Shown here: positions 5,705 through 14,393 of the stretch, piece by piece | Numbering within the stretch: position 1 is the first letter of the stretch | Layout: every line of letters starts with the position of its first letter | Source of the DNA: a virus | Lineage: Duplodnaviria; Caudoviricetes | Virus record (IMG/VR): IMGVR_UViG_3300033562_001181 | Location: 1-36,053 of that record | DNA: 36,053 nucleotides | Reading direction: 5' to 3' (one strand) | Notes under the pieces: generated by a model | The model's database searches: none | What the model was told of the DNA's origin: nothing | The model's input: only the letters and a program-made list of their open reading frames with translations | Program-made: the position numbers and the translations under genes

Positions 5705-5748
5705 TATATTTAGAGCTTTTTTTCAGAAGTATGTTTTTATCCAATTAC

Positions 5749-6717
5749 TCAATCTTTAAAGCCTTTGCGAGTTTGTGACTGTGGTCTCGCATACTTCTTC
5801 AATCTCTCTAGTGCATATCTTGCATCTTTAATAGATCTCAAGTCTTTAGCTAGAGTCTGATTAACATTCTCGCTAATGTACTGAATAAAAAAGTCTATTT
5901 CATTGTTACGATTAGCCATTTCCTCTTCATAAGAAGGTAGTCTCTTAGGTTCTCCTAATTCAGTATCATTTTTATTAAATGTATATGTACTGAAAGAACC
6001 TGTTCCTCTTTCAGGTATTACAATCTCTACTCTTTCTTCCGCTTCTTTTTTAATTCTATCTGCTTCTGCTTCAGCTTTTGCAGCAGCCTCTCTCTCCAAT
6101 TTAAGATTATGACTTAATACAATAGAGTTTAAGAACTTCAAAGCCTTTTCGAATCTAACTACATCGGTGTCAGGGATAGTCATCTTCAATAGATTTCTAC
6201 GCTGAGTTAATGTAAAGTCGTATATATTTGGAGTTGAGTGTACTAGTCGAATGATAATTGAATTGTCTTTTTCGTCAGTGAACTTAAACTCAACATTTAC
6301 GAACTTTGCTAGTTCCTTAATATACTCAACAGCCCATTCAACAAATTTAGAATCTATTTCAACCTTGAATAACTCAACTATTTGAGCTTTAGCTTGCTCT
6401 TTCATAGTATATGGATGGAATACATTGGAGAATTCAGATCTTGCAATCAAATCCCTTACAATAATCATTTTCTCTCTAAATGTTAAATAGCTATTAATTG
6501 TTGGATTTTCTAATTCAGGAAGTACATCAACTCCATTTAGAATTAGAGCTTCTGAGTTCTTGTCTACTATAACACCATTGCCATTATCTGCAACTTCCTG
6601 GGGAGCTTCGTTCATCAAATAGTCATATTCTGAGCTAGGAGCTAGAGCGTTCTCTAGTTCCTCTGCTCTGATTTGAGCTACGGTCTTCTCTTCTGATTCT
6701 ACGATTTTCTCTTCCAT
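5749..6717 (-). CDS. hypothetical protein (acidic, helical)
   Basis: 322-aa ORF, GGGAG RBS, TGCTATAAT extended -10 at 6746-6754. Confidence 0.85.
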   Translation of the reverse strand: MEEKIVESEEKTVAQIRAEELENALAPSSEYDYLMNEAPQEVADNGNGVIVDKNSEALILNGVDVLPELENPTINSYLTFREKMIIVRDLIARSEFSNVFHPYTMKEQAKAQIVELFKVEIDSKFVEWAVEYIKELAKFVNVEFKFTDEKDNSIIIRLVHSTPNIYDFTLTQRRNLLKMTIPDTDVVRFEKALKFLNSIVLSHNLKLEREAAAKAEAEADRIKKEAEERVEIVIPERGTGSFSTYTFNKNDTELGEPKRLPSYEEEMANRNNEIDFFIQYISENVNQTLAKDLRSIKDARYALERLKKYARPQSQTRKGFKD

Positions 6718-6753
6718 TAAAATCTCCCGATGTAGGTGTATTCATATTATAGC

Positions 6754-6782
6754 AAAAAACACGTCAAGTAATTGGCGTGTTT
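6754..6782 (-). terminator. intrinsic terminator
   Basis: AACACGCCAA-TTAC-TTGACGTGTT followed by a T run. Confidence 0.65.
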
Positions 6783-6924
6783 AATTTCTACTCTTGTTTA
6801 AGAATTATGTAACAAACTATGAAATTTAACAAAGACGCTCTAGCATCTCGCTCATTTCATCGCAAGTGGCTATTAGTGTCGTAGCAGTGCCTTAAATCAT
6901 CTTTTCTTATGCATTCGAGTATAT

Positions 6925-7320
6925 TCAAGCGATTCCATCCTCTCTCAATGACACTAGTTCTCTGCAAGGAGTCCTACCACAAAAACCTAGATTTAATTCA
7001 CTATCATATTCGAGTAAATGTAATACAAAACCACCGCATTTAGGGCATGTCATATTTCGTCTACGTCTAATATGATATTCTGCATGATATGTTGATTTTC
7101 GTCTACATTCTTTGGATGTTTTATATCGTCTGAATGTAAAGGAAATACAATTTAAAATTCTAAATCTCTTTTTATATACATCTCTAAACAAAGGTTCTAA
7201 GTAGAAGCACCCTTCAATAAAAGGAATCTTTTTAACTTCTACATGAAAGAATTTTCTACCAATTCTAATTACATCATGTTGGTCTAGATATTTAAACCAA
7301 ACTTCATATTCAGCTCTCAT
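6925..7320 (-). CDS. hypothetical basic protein with C-terminal Cys4 motif
   Basis: 131 aa; CPKC...CGRTPC; ATGA overlap with upstream gene. Confidence 0.75.
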   Translation of the reverse strand: MRAEYEVWFKYLDQHDVIRIGRKFFHVEVKKIPFIEGCFYLEPLFRDVYKKRFRILNCISFTFRRYKTSKECRRKSTYHAEYHIRRRRNMTCPKCGGFVLHLLEYDSELNLGFCGRTPCRELVSLREDGIA

Positions 7321-7709
7321 ACAGCTTCAACTCTAGGGTTTAAGATGTTTTCTATTTCATCGTTAACAGAAGCCATATACTCATGAGTCATAACGCTATC
7401 AAGATCACATTCAATAGGACATCTAGAGAACCAAGTATCTCTTTCAGCTTTTAAATATGCTGCACAGTCTGCGTATCCAGTCAATGGAGTTTTGTGTATG
7501 ACGAATGCAATGTCAATGTGTCCAATCTCAGAGAATTCCACATCAATTCTAAGTCTGATCCACAATCTAGGTACTTTTTCGTCAGGGTTTGTTGATCTCC
7601 ATCCACTACCCTTTCCCATCTTAGAATTGACGATTGGATGGCAGGTCAAATACTGCTTAAAGTATTCTAGATATTTACCGCCCTCTTCCATAGTCCATCC
7701 ATCTTTCAT
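7317..7709 (-). CDS. hypothetical protein, paralog of 7706-8149
   Basis: Shares W..KY..YF and IHKTP..YADCAAYLKA motifs with its neighbour; ATGA overlaps. Confidence 0.8.
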   Translation of the reverse strand: MKDGWTMEEGGKYLEYFKQYLTCHPIVNSKMGKGSGWRSTNPDEKVPRLWIRLRIDVEFSEIGHIDIAFVIHKTPLTGYADCAAYLKAERDTWFSRCPIECDLDSVMTHEYMASVNDEIENILNPRVEAV

Positions 7710-8149
7710 TCTGCATCTCCCTCAGAATAGCCCTGCAGCTCCAATTCAAACTGAATTGCATCATTCAGTTCATCCATGTGTTTCTTTTTCAAAACATCTG
7801 CAAATCGAACCTTAACATCCAGAGTCTCCCAACCGTCAGCATCAACTGCTTTCATATAAGAAGCGCAGTCTGCATTATACTTGTGAGGTGTCTTGTATAT
7901 CAAGGTGTTTACATTAAAGTCTCCAATATCACTTGTGACAACCATTCTAATCTTCATTAGTGATATTGGCTTACTACTATCAAATCCAATAAGGTCTAGC
8001 ATTACAATAGTATCAATTGATTTTAGATTATCTACATGCTCCTCGAAATACTTTTTGTATTTGAGTTGATCCTTTTCAGTCCAATCGTTATTCCAATTGA
8101 CCTTTTGCACATTTAACTCCTTTGGCTTCAAGTTCTTTTCTAACTGCAT
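7706..8149 (-). CDS. hypothetical protein, paralog of 7317-7709
   Basis: IYKTP..NADCASYMKA motif; 147 aa (true start may be later). Confidence 0.8.
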   Translation of the reverse strand: MQLEKNLKPKELNVQKVNWNNDWTEKDQLKYKKYFEEHVDNLKSIDTIVMLDLIGFDSSKPISLMKIRMVVTSDIGDFNVNTLIYKTPHKYNADCASYMKAVDADGWETLDVKVRFADVLKKKHMDELNDAIQFELELQGYSEGDAE

Positions 8150-8585
8150 GACAGGCTTTTATTAAAAGCATTGTATCATAATTAAAGATCCTACCGTCTA
8201 CTTTAATTCGCTTCTTTAACATAGCTCGACTATTATCACCGGGGCTTAATTCAGACTTATAATGTCTTCTGACAACCTTCATCATCTTTGGATTGTTAAT
8301 ATCATCAGCTCTATCGCGCTTCGGGATGAAGTATTGAAGCTCTCCAGCCTTTTCGTTGGCTAGGTTGTATATCGCCTGTTCAAGTGAGATGTTGGATATG
8401 TTAAAATTCATTGTTTTAATAACATCACCTCCATCATATTCATCATCCCGAACATCATCGCATAATTGAACTTCTATATCATCTCCATATGAAATCATGC
8501 AAATAGATTTGATCTTCCCTTTAGGTTTCACTAAATTGGCAGTGAGGTAATACCCTTCTGGATCAACTCTAACATCTTTAAGCAT
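8088..8585 (-). CDS. hypothetical protein
   Basis: 165-aa ORF, AAGGA RBS, in operon. Confidence 0.75.
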   Translation of the reverse strand: MLKDVRVDPEGYYLTANLVKPKGKIKSICMISYGDDIEVQLCDDVRDDEYDGGDVIKTMNFNISNISLEQAIYNLANEKAGELQYFIPKRDRADDINNPKMMKVVRRHYKSELSPGDNSRAMLKKRIKVDGRIFNYDTMLLIKACHAVRKELEAKGVKCAKGQLE

Positions 8586-8757
8586 TTACATTCCTTTCAG
8601 TATCCATAGGACCTAAATCATCTACTTCTCTGATGATCGGCTGTTTTTGGCTTCTCTTTTTACGACCTTGCTTGTCAATAGGGATCATGTAATCGCCTTC
8701 GATCACATATCCAAAATGGCGAGGTTCTTTAGTTGCTTTATTCCAAGGTCCGCTCAA
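8578..8757 (-). CDS. small hypothetical protein (59 aa, not in ORF track)
   Basis: GGAGG 6 nt before TTG; MSGPWNKATKEPRHFGYVIEG...NVNA*; stop overlaps the next start. Confidence 0.7.
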   Translation of the reverse strand: MSGPWNKATKEPRHFGYVIEGDYMIPIDKQGRKKRSQKQPIIREVDDLGPMDTERNVNA

Positions 8758-8775
8758 AGTATTCCTCCAGATGCG

Positions 8776-8806
8776 AAAAAAAGGATCTGATTATTAGTCA
8801 GATCCT
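8776..8806 (-). terminator. intrinsic terminator
   Basis: AGGATCTGA-CTAATAA-TCAGATCCT followed by T6. Confidence 0.8.
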
Positions 8807-8810
8807 ATCC

Positions 8811-8935
8811 CGGTATTCCCTATTGCTAGGTCTCATCTACTGGAATGCCCTCACAATAATGCCGTTTGTCCAGTAGCTCCAGTTCCCCTCTTTACATGCA
8901 GATCATACGAGGGGCGTTTATCTGCGGCAGTACCA
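8811..8935 (-). ncRNA. putative pseudoknotted RNA or attenuator between NADAR stop and terminator
   Basis: Interleaved GCAGAT/ATCTGC and CCCCTC/GAGGGG; CTACTGGA/TCCAGTAG; CCTA-GCAA-TAGG; closing GGTA/TACC. Confidence 0.65.
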
Positions 8936-9652
8936 TCAAGATAACCTGCTGTGCTCTGGCTGTCCACTCTTTTTTCGAATTATGTTGGCGGCTTCTATGA
9001 TTGCATTTGCGACATTTTTGAATTTCTCTTGCGACCATCTATTATCTGAAATTGGCATTCCAACTTGAGCTGCTAATTCAAGAGTTGCATCGTTATCTGC
9101 AGTTTCTAATCTAGTATTCCCAATTAACTTAAAATATTTGTTAGATATTGCTATTTTTGGTCTAATGCTCATGAGTGCATTACCAAGTAAATTGAGACCC
9201 TTCCAATTAGCATAGTCTAATATTGCATCATCTGTTTCTCTTAAGCCAACTCCCCAAATTTTATCATAATGAGCTGCCTCAACTAATACCTTTCCATTAG
9301 ATGATAGTAGATATTCAGCTAAGTCTTGATTTTGTGTGAATTTCAATAAATTACCTTGTACTACAATTAGATATCTAATAGACTCCCATATACTTTCATT
9401 ATAATTTGAAACTTGCCTTCCATATTCTTTAATTTCTTTCATGTTCGATGATTTCATAATAAGCTCTGCAGTAGCTGAATCTCCGAACACCTGTGCCTTC
9501 CGAAACATCATATATTGTTCAGCACTATTAAATTCTATATCATCTGCAGTGAATTTACACTTAAACCATTGAGAGAATGGACCTCTGACAAAATATACAT
9601 GTGTTTCTGTCACTCTTTCGAAATCACCTAATTGCATTCTATTCCTATTCAC
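8936..9652 (-). CDS. NADAR (YbiA/RibX) family hydrolase with C-terminal extension
   Basis: PFSQWF, FNSAEQYMM..KA..FGD, GN..KF.QN, LVEA..DKIWGVG, W.G.NLLG.ALM..R. Confidence 0.93.
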   Translation of the reverse strand: MNRNRMQLGDFERVTETHVYFVRGPFSQWFKCKFTADDIEFNSAEQYMMFRKAQVFGDSATAELIMKSSNMKEIKEYGRQVSNYNESIWESIRYLIVVQGNLLKFTQNQDLAEYLLSSNGKVLVEAAHYDKIWGVGLRETDDAILDYANWKGLNLLGNALMSIRPKIAISNKYFKLIGNTRLETADNDATLELAAQVGMPISDNRWSQEKFKNVANAIIEAANIIRKKSGQPEHSRLS

Positions 9653-9673
9653 TAAGTACCTTTTTATTATAGC

Positions 9674-9698
9674 AAAACTCCCGCTTTTGACGGGAGTT
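9674..9698 (-). terminator. intrinsic terminator abutting TGCTATAAT promoter (9666-9674)
   Basis: AACTCCCG/CGGGAGTT followed by TT, then TGCTATAAT. Confidence 0.6.
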
Positions 9699-9703
9699 CT
9701 GGA

Positions 9704-10918
9704 TTAGGTTTCAACGAACTTCTGGATTTCTTCGGGTGTGTTCGTGATCTGCTTCTTGTAGATCGCATCCATGATCTTCCTCTGGATGTCTCCTAGAGCC
9801 TTTCCTTCAAAACCCTTCGAGATTAGCCAATTGGAATCAACCTGTACTTCCTTATTAGACAATGGGACGCCTTCCAGCGCCTTTACCTTGTTTGTCAGTT
9901 CAGGTGTTCCGATTGAAACAAAAGCATCTCTCACAAAAGGCATGTATCTTTCATTCTTGTACATGACCTGCAGTGGATCTCCATCCTTTAATCGTCTGGA
10001 GACCGTGATTGCATTGGACACGTCAGTTGGCAGCTTCAACTTGTTGAAATCGCCACCGTTCAAGAACAGTAGAATCATGTTGACGATGAATTTGTCTCCA
10101 GTGACCTTACGAACTACGATTGGATTGAAATCAGACCCAAAGATGTGCTTTCCGAGTCCAGTTTCTGTGAGCAACTTGACGAAATTGTCGTTCGATTCGA
10201 AAGATCCCTTGGTGAAAGCCTTCTTGAATTCCTCCAAGATGCGTTCGCCTGTGATATTGTCGATCAAAGAAACATTATCTCTGATTGCCTTGAGTGTTTC
10301 TGGTTCAATTCCAAAGCCAAACCTATTGGCGAACTGGATTGCACGCAGCATTCTCAGTGGATCTTCAGAAAAACGCTCCTTAGGGTCTCGAACAGCCTTG
10401 ATTTTGCGATTCTTGATGTCCTCGACACCTCCGAATGGATCAACATACTCTCCAGTTTCCACATCCTTTGCGATTGCATTGAAGGATAGGTCCCTACGAG
10501 CCAAATCAGCCTCGACCGACAGTGAAGGGTCTCCGAAAGCCTGTAGATCGTCATGTCTGCCAGAGCCACCATAGACTTCAGTTCTAGGAATGGCGAAGTC
10601 ATACGGCTCCTCAGATCCATCAATGACGGCCTTGATAACCTGCATCGATTCCCCGACATTGGTGGACACTATCTTATCGGAAATAGCTGCAAGTGCAGTC
10701 TTCAGGTCTTCAAATGCCACATTTGTAACCAAATAGTCGATATCCTTGGACTTCACACCCAAGATTTCATCGCGAACAACTCCACCTACTCGATACAGTT
10801 TGTTTTCATTAGCCTGATCGAACTTCTTAGCAGTCTTCACGGCGTTCAAGATCTTGCTCTCGGTTGCGGTTGAGTCTATTGCTTCGTAGATGTAGTTCTT
10901 GAATACCATTTTCTTCAC
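9704..10918 (-). CDS. cca: tRNA nucleotidyltransferase (class II CCA-adding enzyme)
   Basis: VGGVVRD..DIDY, DLARRDLSFNA, RFSEDPLRMLRA, GERI..EF; GTG start chosen from AGGGGG RBS. Confidence 0.92.
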   Translation of the reverse strand: MKKMVFKNYIYEAIDSTATESKILNAVKTAKKFDQANENKLYRVGGVVRDEILGVKSKDIDYLVTNVAFEDLKTALAAISDKIVSTNVGESMQVIKAVIDGSEEPYDFAIPRTEVYGGSGRHDDLQAFGDPSLSVEADLARRDLSFNAIAKDVETGEYVDPFGGVEDIKNRKIKAVRDPKERFSEDPLRMLRAIQFANRFGFGIEPETLKAIRDNVSLIDNITGERILEEFKKAFTKGSFESNDNFVKLLTETGLGKHIFGSDFNPIVVRKVTGDKFIVNMILLFLNGGDFNKLKLPTDVSNAITVSRRLKDGDPLQVMYKNERYMPFVRDAFVSIGTPELTNKVKALEGVPLSNKEVQVDSNWLISKGFEGKALGDIQRKIMDAIYKKQITNTPEEIQKFVET

Positions 10919-10959
10919 TTTTATCCCCCTATATGGTAGCAATCTTCAGTGTTAATGGT

Positions 10960-10988
10960 AAGATAAACCATTTGAACGGAAGTGTCAA
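10960..10988 (-). promoter_or_regulatory. sigma70-type early promoter
   Basis: TTGACA-17-TATCTT. Confidence 0.8.
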
Positions 10989-11067
10989 CACATTTCTAGG
11001 TGTTATTTATTGGCTATTTTATCTCATCTATCTGTTATTATGGTTTCTTTTTATTTTACTTATTTAA

Positions 11068-11074
11068 CTAAATA
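11068..11074 (+). promoter_or_regulatory. T4-like late promoter motif (C/A)TAAATA; further copies at 11899, 17137, 19560, 23244, 29844, 31166, 31638, 32221, 33064, 33786 (+) and 3897, 5707, 19542, 21296 (-)
   Basis: Recurs just upstream of essentially every plus-strand gene cluster; TATAAATA exact at 19560-19567 and 33064-33071. Confidence 0.75.
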
Positions 11075-11082
11075 TTTTCACT

Positions 11083-11880
11083 ATGAGAGACAATGGATGG
11101 GAAGCGACTTTCGAAAAAGAATATGGCGGCGGATATGATCGTTCTAATTGGAGTGGCACAATTCGCAGGGAATATCATAATCATAATGAAGTCAAACCTT
11201 TACCAGATATTCATGACGTTCCATGTCACCCCCATCAACCACCTCCACCTAATAATACAGTTATCAGTCTATTTGATTTCATAGATAATAAAAATCACGA
11301 TGTATTAGTTGGACCTCCAACTTCACCTCCAACCAAAGATACTTTATATGGTCCTTGGGTTGAAAATTCAATCACATATCTATCAGTGGGTGCTAATGGT
11401 GTATGGAAACATATCAAATTATCAAGTAGTATTACACCTGTAGTTCCTAGTGGAGTATATGGTTCTAAAACAGCCGTCCCTGTTTTGGAGTTTAATGAAG
11501 AGGGTTTAATAGTAGGTTTAACTGTAGAAGATATTACTTTCGATGTTAATATCATACCAGATTCTGGTGTAATTGCAGGTGTATATGGATCTGTAACCGG
11601 AAATGTAGCTAAAATACCTTCTATTACAGTTAATGATAAAGGATTCGTGACTAATGTAGTTGAAGAATCTATTTCCATCTCAAGCGATATGAATTTTGTC
11701 TTTGAACAAACAAATCCAGCTCCTATTTGGAGTATTACTCACAATATGGGTAAATATCCATCTGTGACTGTAATTGATAGTGCAAATAACATAATAATAG
11801 GTGAAGTTCACTACGATTCTACCAATTCGCTTACCGTTTCTTTCTCGGGTGGATTTTCAGGTAAAGCGATTTTAAATTAA
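11083..11880 (+). CDS. putative virion/fibre-associated protein
   Basis: Two GVYGS..P.(I/L)..N..G repeats typical of phage fibres; C-terminal W.ITHNMGKYPSVTV domain. Confidence 0.75.
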   Translation: MRDNGWEATFEKEYGGGYDRSNWSGTIRREYHNHNEVKPLPDIHDVPCHPHQPPPPNNTVISLFDFIDNKNHDVLVGPPTSPPTKDTLYGPWVENSITYLSVGANGVWKHIKLSSSITPVVPSGVYGSKTAVPVLEFNEEGLIVGLTVEDITFDVNIIPDSGVIAGVYGSVTGNVAKIPSITVNDKGFVTNVVEESISISSDMNFVFEQTNPAPIWSITHNMGKYPSVTVIDSANNIIIGEVHYDSTNSLTVSFSGGFSGKAILN

Positions 11881-11927
11881 TCGAAAAAATGGCCTAATCT
11901 AAATATGCTCTAAGGGGAGTGTTACAA

Positions 11928-13880
11928 ATGGCTATTATATACGGCGCATCGATTAATCTATCAGGTAATGAAATACAAAACTTCAGGGTTCATAATCTGG
12001 CTGCGGCTCCAACTGCAACAAAAGGTGCTTCCTATTTCGATACAGGTGTTAATAAATTTTTAGGGTATAATGGTACGTCTTGGATTGACTTGTCGGCTGG
12101 AGGTACAGTAACTTCAGTTGGATTGTCTCTACCTGCTATTTTCAATGTTACTAACTCACCTGTGACTGGGGTTGGAACTTTAACAGCTACCCTAACATCT
12201 CAAGCAGCTAACACAGTATGGGCGGCTCCAAATGGATCTGCAGGTTCCCCTACCTTTAGACTTCTTGCTGCCGCTGACATTCCTGCGCTTGCTGCCAATA
12301 TTATTACATCTGGAATATTGGCTACTACTGTAGGTGGTACTGGAGTAAATGGAGCAACTGCGGCTAATGGTACTTTGTTAATTGGAAACGGCACTGGATA
12401 TACTCTCGCCAATTTAACTGCAGGTACAGGCATTGGTATTGCCAATGGTTCTGGTAGCATCACAATTTCGAATACAGGTGTAACTTCTCTTGTAGCAGGT
12501 ACTAATATTTCAGTATCGGCTTCAACTGGAGCAGTTACTGTTTCAACTAGTGCAACTCCATCGTTCACAAGTCTAACTGTCAATGGTCAGGTTTTAACTG
12601 CGGCTGCAACCCCGGCACTTAATACAGATATTATTACATATGGATATATACTAAACCAGTCATTTGGTTTTAGAGATTTTAAAGAATCTGTAAAGTATAT
12701 GGTAAACTCTTTGTCAGGGTTGACATATACTGCAACTGCAGGTACATATTCAAATGGTCAGATTACAGTTGCACCTAATACTCTAAATGCAACTGCATTG
12801 GTTGTTGGTGATAGAATTCTATTGAATGTAACAGGTGGAAATGCAGCTAATGGTATTTACGTTGTTACTACTGTAGGTACAGGCGCTAATGGTGTGTGGA
12901 ATCGTGCTCAAGATTTCTCGAACGCAACTAACACTTCATTGGGTGCATATGCATATGTTGAAGCTATTCAGGCTGGTTATATTCTTGCAGGTCCAACTGG
13001 AAATCTAACAATTGGTGGAGCTTCTGGATCAGTTCTAGTATTCAATCAGTTTATGGGTGCGGGTACATACCTTGCGGGTTCTAATCTAACCCTGACAGGT
13101 AATACATTTGCTTTGAATGCAACTCTAACCGGATTAACTGCTGTTACCACTGCAGCTTTAACCGTTGGATCATTAGCTGGATTGCTAAAGGCTACAGCAG
13201 GTGTTGTTTCTGCCGCAACTGTAGGAGTTGATTATCTCGCGCCTTCTGCGATTTCAGGCACAACTAACAATATCCCTAAATTCGCATCTACTTCTACTAT
13301 CGGCGCTTCGTTATTGAGTGATAATGGTACTACTCTTACATATACAGGAACCGCAGGTATTACAGCTCCAGCGTTAACTGCATCTGGGTTGACTGTCGGC
13401 GCACCTGTCAGAACCACCACTGGTGGGTTGTTAACAACTGGCGCAACAGTATTGTCTGGTACTGAAGTGTCCGGTATTCTACCAGTGGCTAAGGGTGGTA
13501 CTGGATTAAATGGTTCAACTGCAGCAAATGGTAGTCTTTTGATTGGAAATGGTACCGGATATACACTAGCTACCTTAACTGCAGGTGCAAACATCACTAT
13601 TAGTAATTCTGCAGGTGGAATCACTATTAGTGCAACCGCAGGTGGAGCTGGAACTGTTAATAAGTATGTAGGTACTATTACAGGTGACGGAACTAGTACT
13701 AGCTTTGCAGTTACTCACAATCTAAACACAAATGACGTTGTATGTGTCGTTAGAGATAATAATTCACCTAATGTAACTACTTGGGTTGAACAAAGATCTT
13801 CATCGGTTAATGCAATTACGCTTGTATTCGGTATAGCTCCTTCGAATGGAACTGTATATAATGTTGTGATTATTGGTTAA
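11928..13880 (+). CDS. tail-fibre-like Gly/Thr/Ala-rich structural protein
   Basis: GGTG..NG.LLIGNGTGYTLA.LTAG repeated twice, NGIYVV..W.RA.DF motif, C-terminal THNLNT domain; GGGGAG RBS and late motif. Confidence 0.8.
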   Translation: MAIIYGASINLSGNEIQNFRVHNLAAAPTATKGASYFDTGVNKFLGYNGTSWIDLSAGGTVTSVGLSLPAIFNVTNSPVTGVGTLTATLTSQAANTVWAAPNGSAGSPTFRLLAAADIPALAANIITSGILATTVGGTGVNGATAANGTLLIGNGTGYTLANLTAGTGIGIANGSGSITISNTGVTSLVAGTNISVSASTGAVTVSTSATPSFTSLTVNGQVLTAAATPALNTDIITYGYILNQSFGFRDFKESVKYMVNSLSGLTYTATAGTYSNGQITVAPNTLNATALVVGDRILLNVTGGNAANGIYVVTTVGTGANGVWNRAQDFSNATNTSLGAYAYVEAIQAGYILAGPTGNLTIGGASGSVLVFNQFMGAGTYLAGSNLTLTGNTFALNATLTGLTAVTTAALTVGSLAGLLKATAGVVSAATVGVDYLAPSAISGTTNNIPKFASTSTIGASLLSDNGTTLTYTGTAGITAPALTASGLTVGAPVRTTTGGLLTTGATVLSGTEVSGILPVAKGGTGLNGSTAANGSLLIGNGTGYTLATLTAGANITISNSAGGITISATAGGAGTVNKYVGTITGDGTSTSFAVTHNLNTNDVVCVVRDNNSPNVTTWVEQRSSSVNAITLVFGIAPSNGTVYNVVIIG

Positions 13881-13900
13881 TCGAAAATAACTTTCTTAAT

Positions 13901-13931
13901 AAAAAAGGCTCCAGTTGGAGCCTTTTCTTTT
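13901..13931. terminator. bidirectional terminator
   Basis: A-run-GGCTCC-AGTT-GGAGCC-T-run between convergent genes. Confidence 0.85.
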
Positions 13932-14387
13932 TTATACTATTTTCATTTCATGAGGGGAGATGTAGTATTTTCCAGGTGTGTAATCTGCATATCCTTCTAT
14001 TCGATTGCCTTTATATCCGGGACTTGGAGGATTAGGTAGATTCTTCACATCTCTCAATTGACGGTAGATTTTTATATCAGATGTATCGTCAATTGTCATC
14101 CATTCATAATATGCATCGAATGGGATGATATTTTTGAATTTCGGAATCAATTCTACACAGAAATGATCCAGCTCAAACTCAACATACGGTCCATGATCGC
14201 CATATACCATTCTATTATATTGTGATGCTAGTAAAGTGCCACCTAGAGACGTGAATTGTTTACTATCATCTCCAAATTCATGCAACCCAAATACACTTTC
14301 AATCTTTTTTCGATCTTTAATGCGATTTGGGTATATCGCAGTAGATTTCTTTAGTCTTGAAATGTATTTAAGGTGCTTTTCGAGCAT
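13932..14387 (-). CDS. hypothetical protein
   Basis: 151 aa with conserved-looking YNRMVYGDHGPYVEF and YADYTPGKYYISP segments. Confidence 0.8.
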   Translation of the reverse strand: MLEKHLKYISRLKKSTAIYPNRIKDRKKIESVFGLHEFGDDSKQFTSLGGTLLASQYNRMVYGDHGPYVEFELDHFCVELIPKFKNIIPFDAYYEWMTIDDTSDIKIYRQLRDVKNLPNPPSPGYKGNRIEGYADYTPGKYYISPHEMKIV

Positions 14388-14393
14388 ACGTTC

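Noticed and set aside
8811-8935. Cobalamin riboswitch (AATAGGGAA, ACTGCC, AGACCT words)
   Set aside because: The words are in the wrong order and the conserved helices are absent.
9771-10873. Long antisense ORFs over cca (likewise over the fibre, ligase and yqeY genes)
   Set aside because: Mirror frames of strongly supported genes caused by codon bias.
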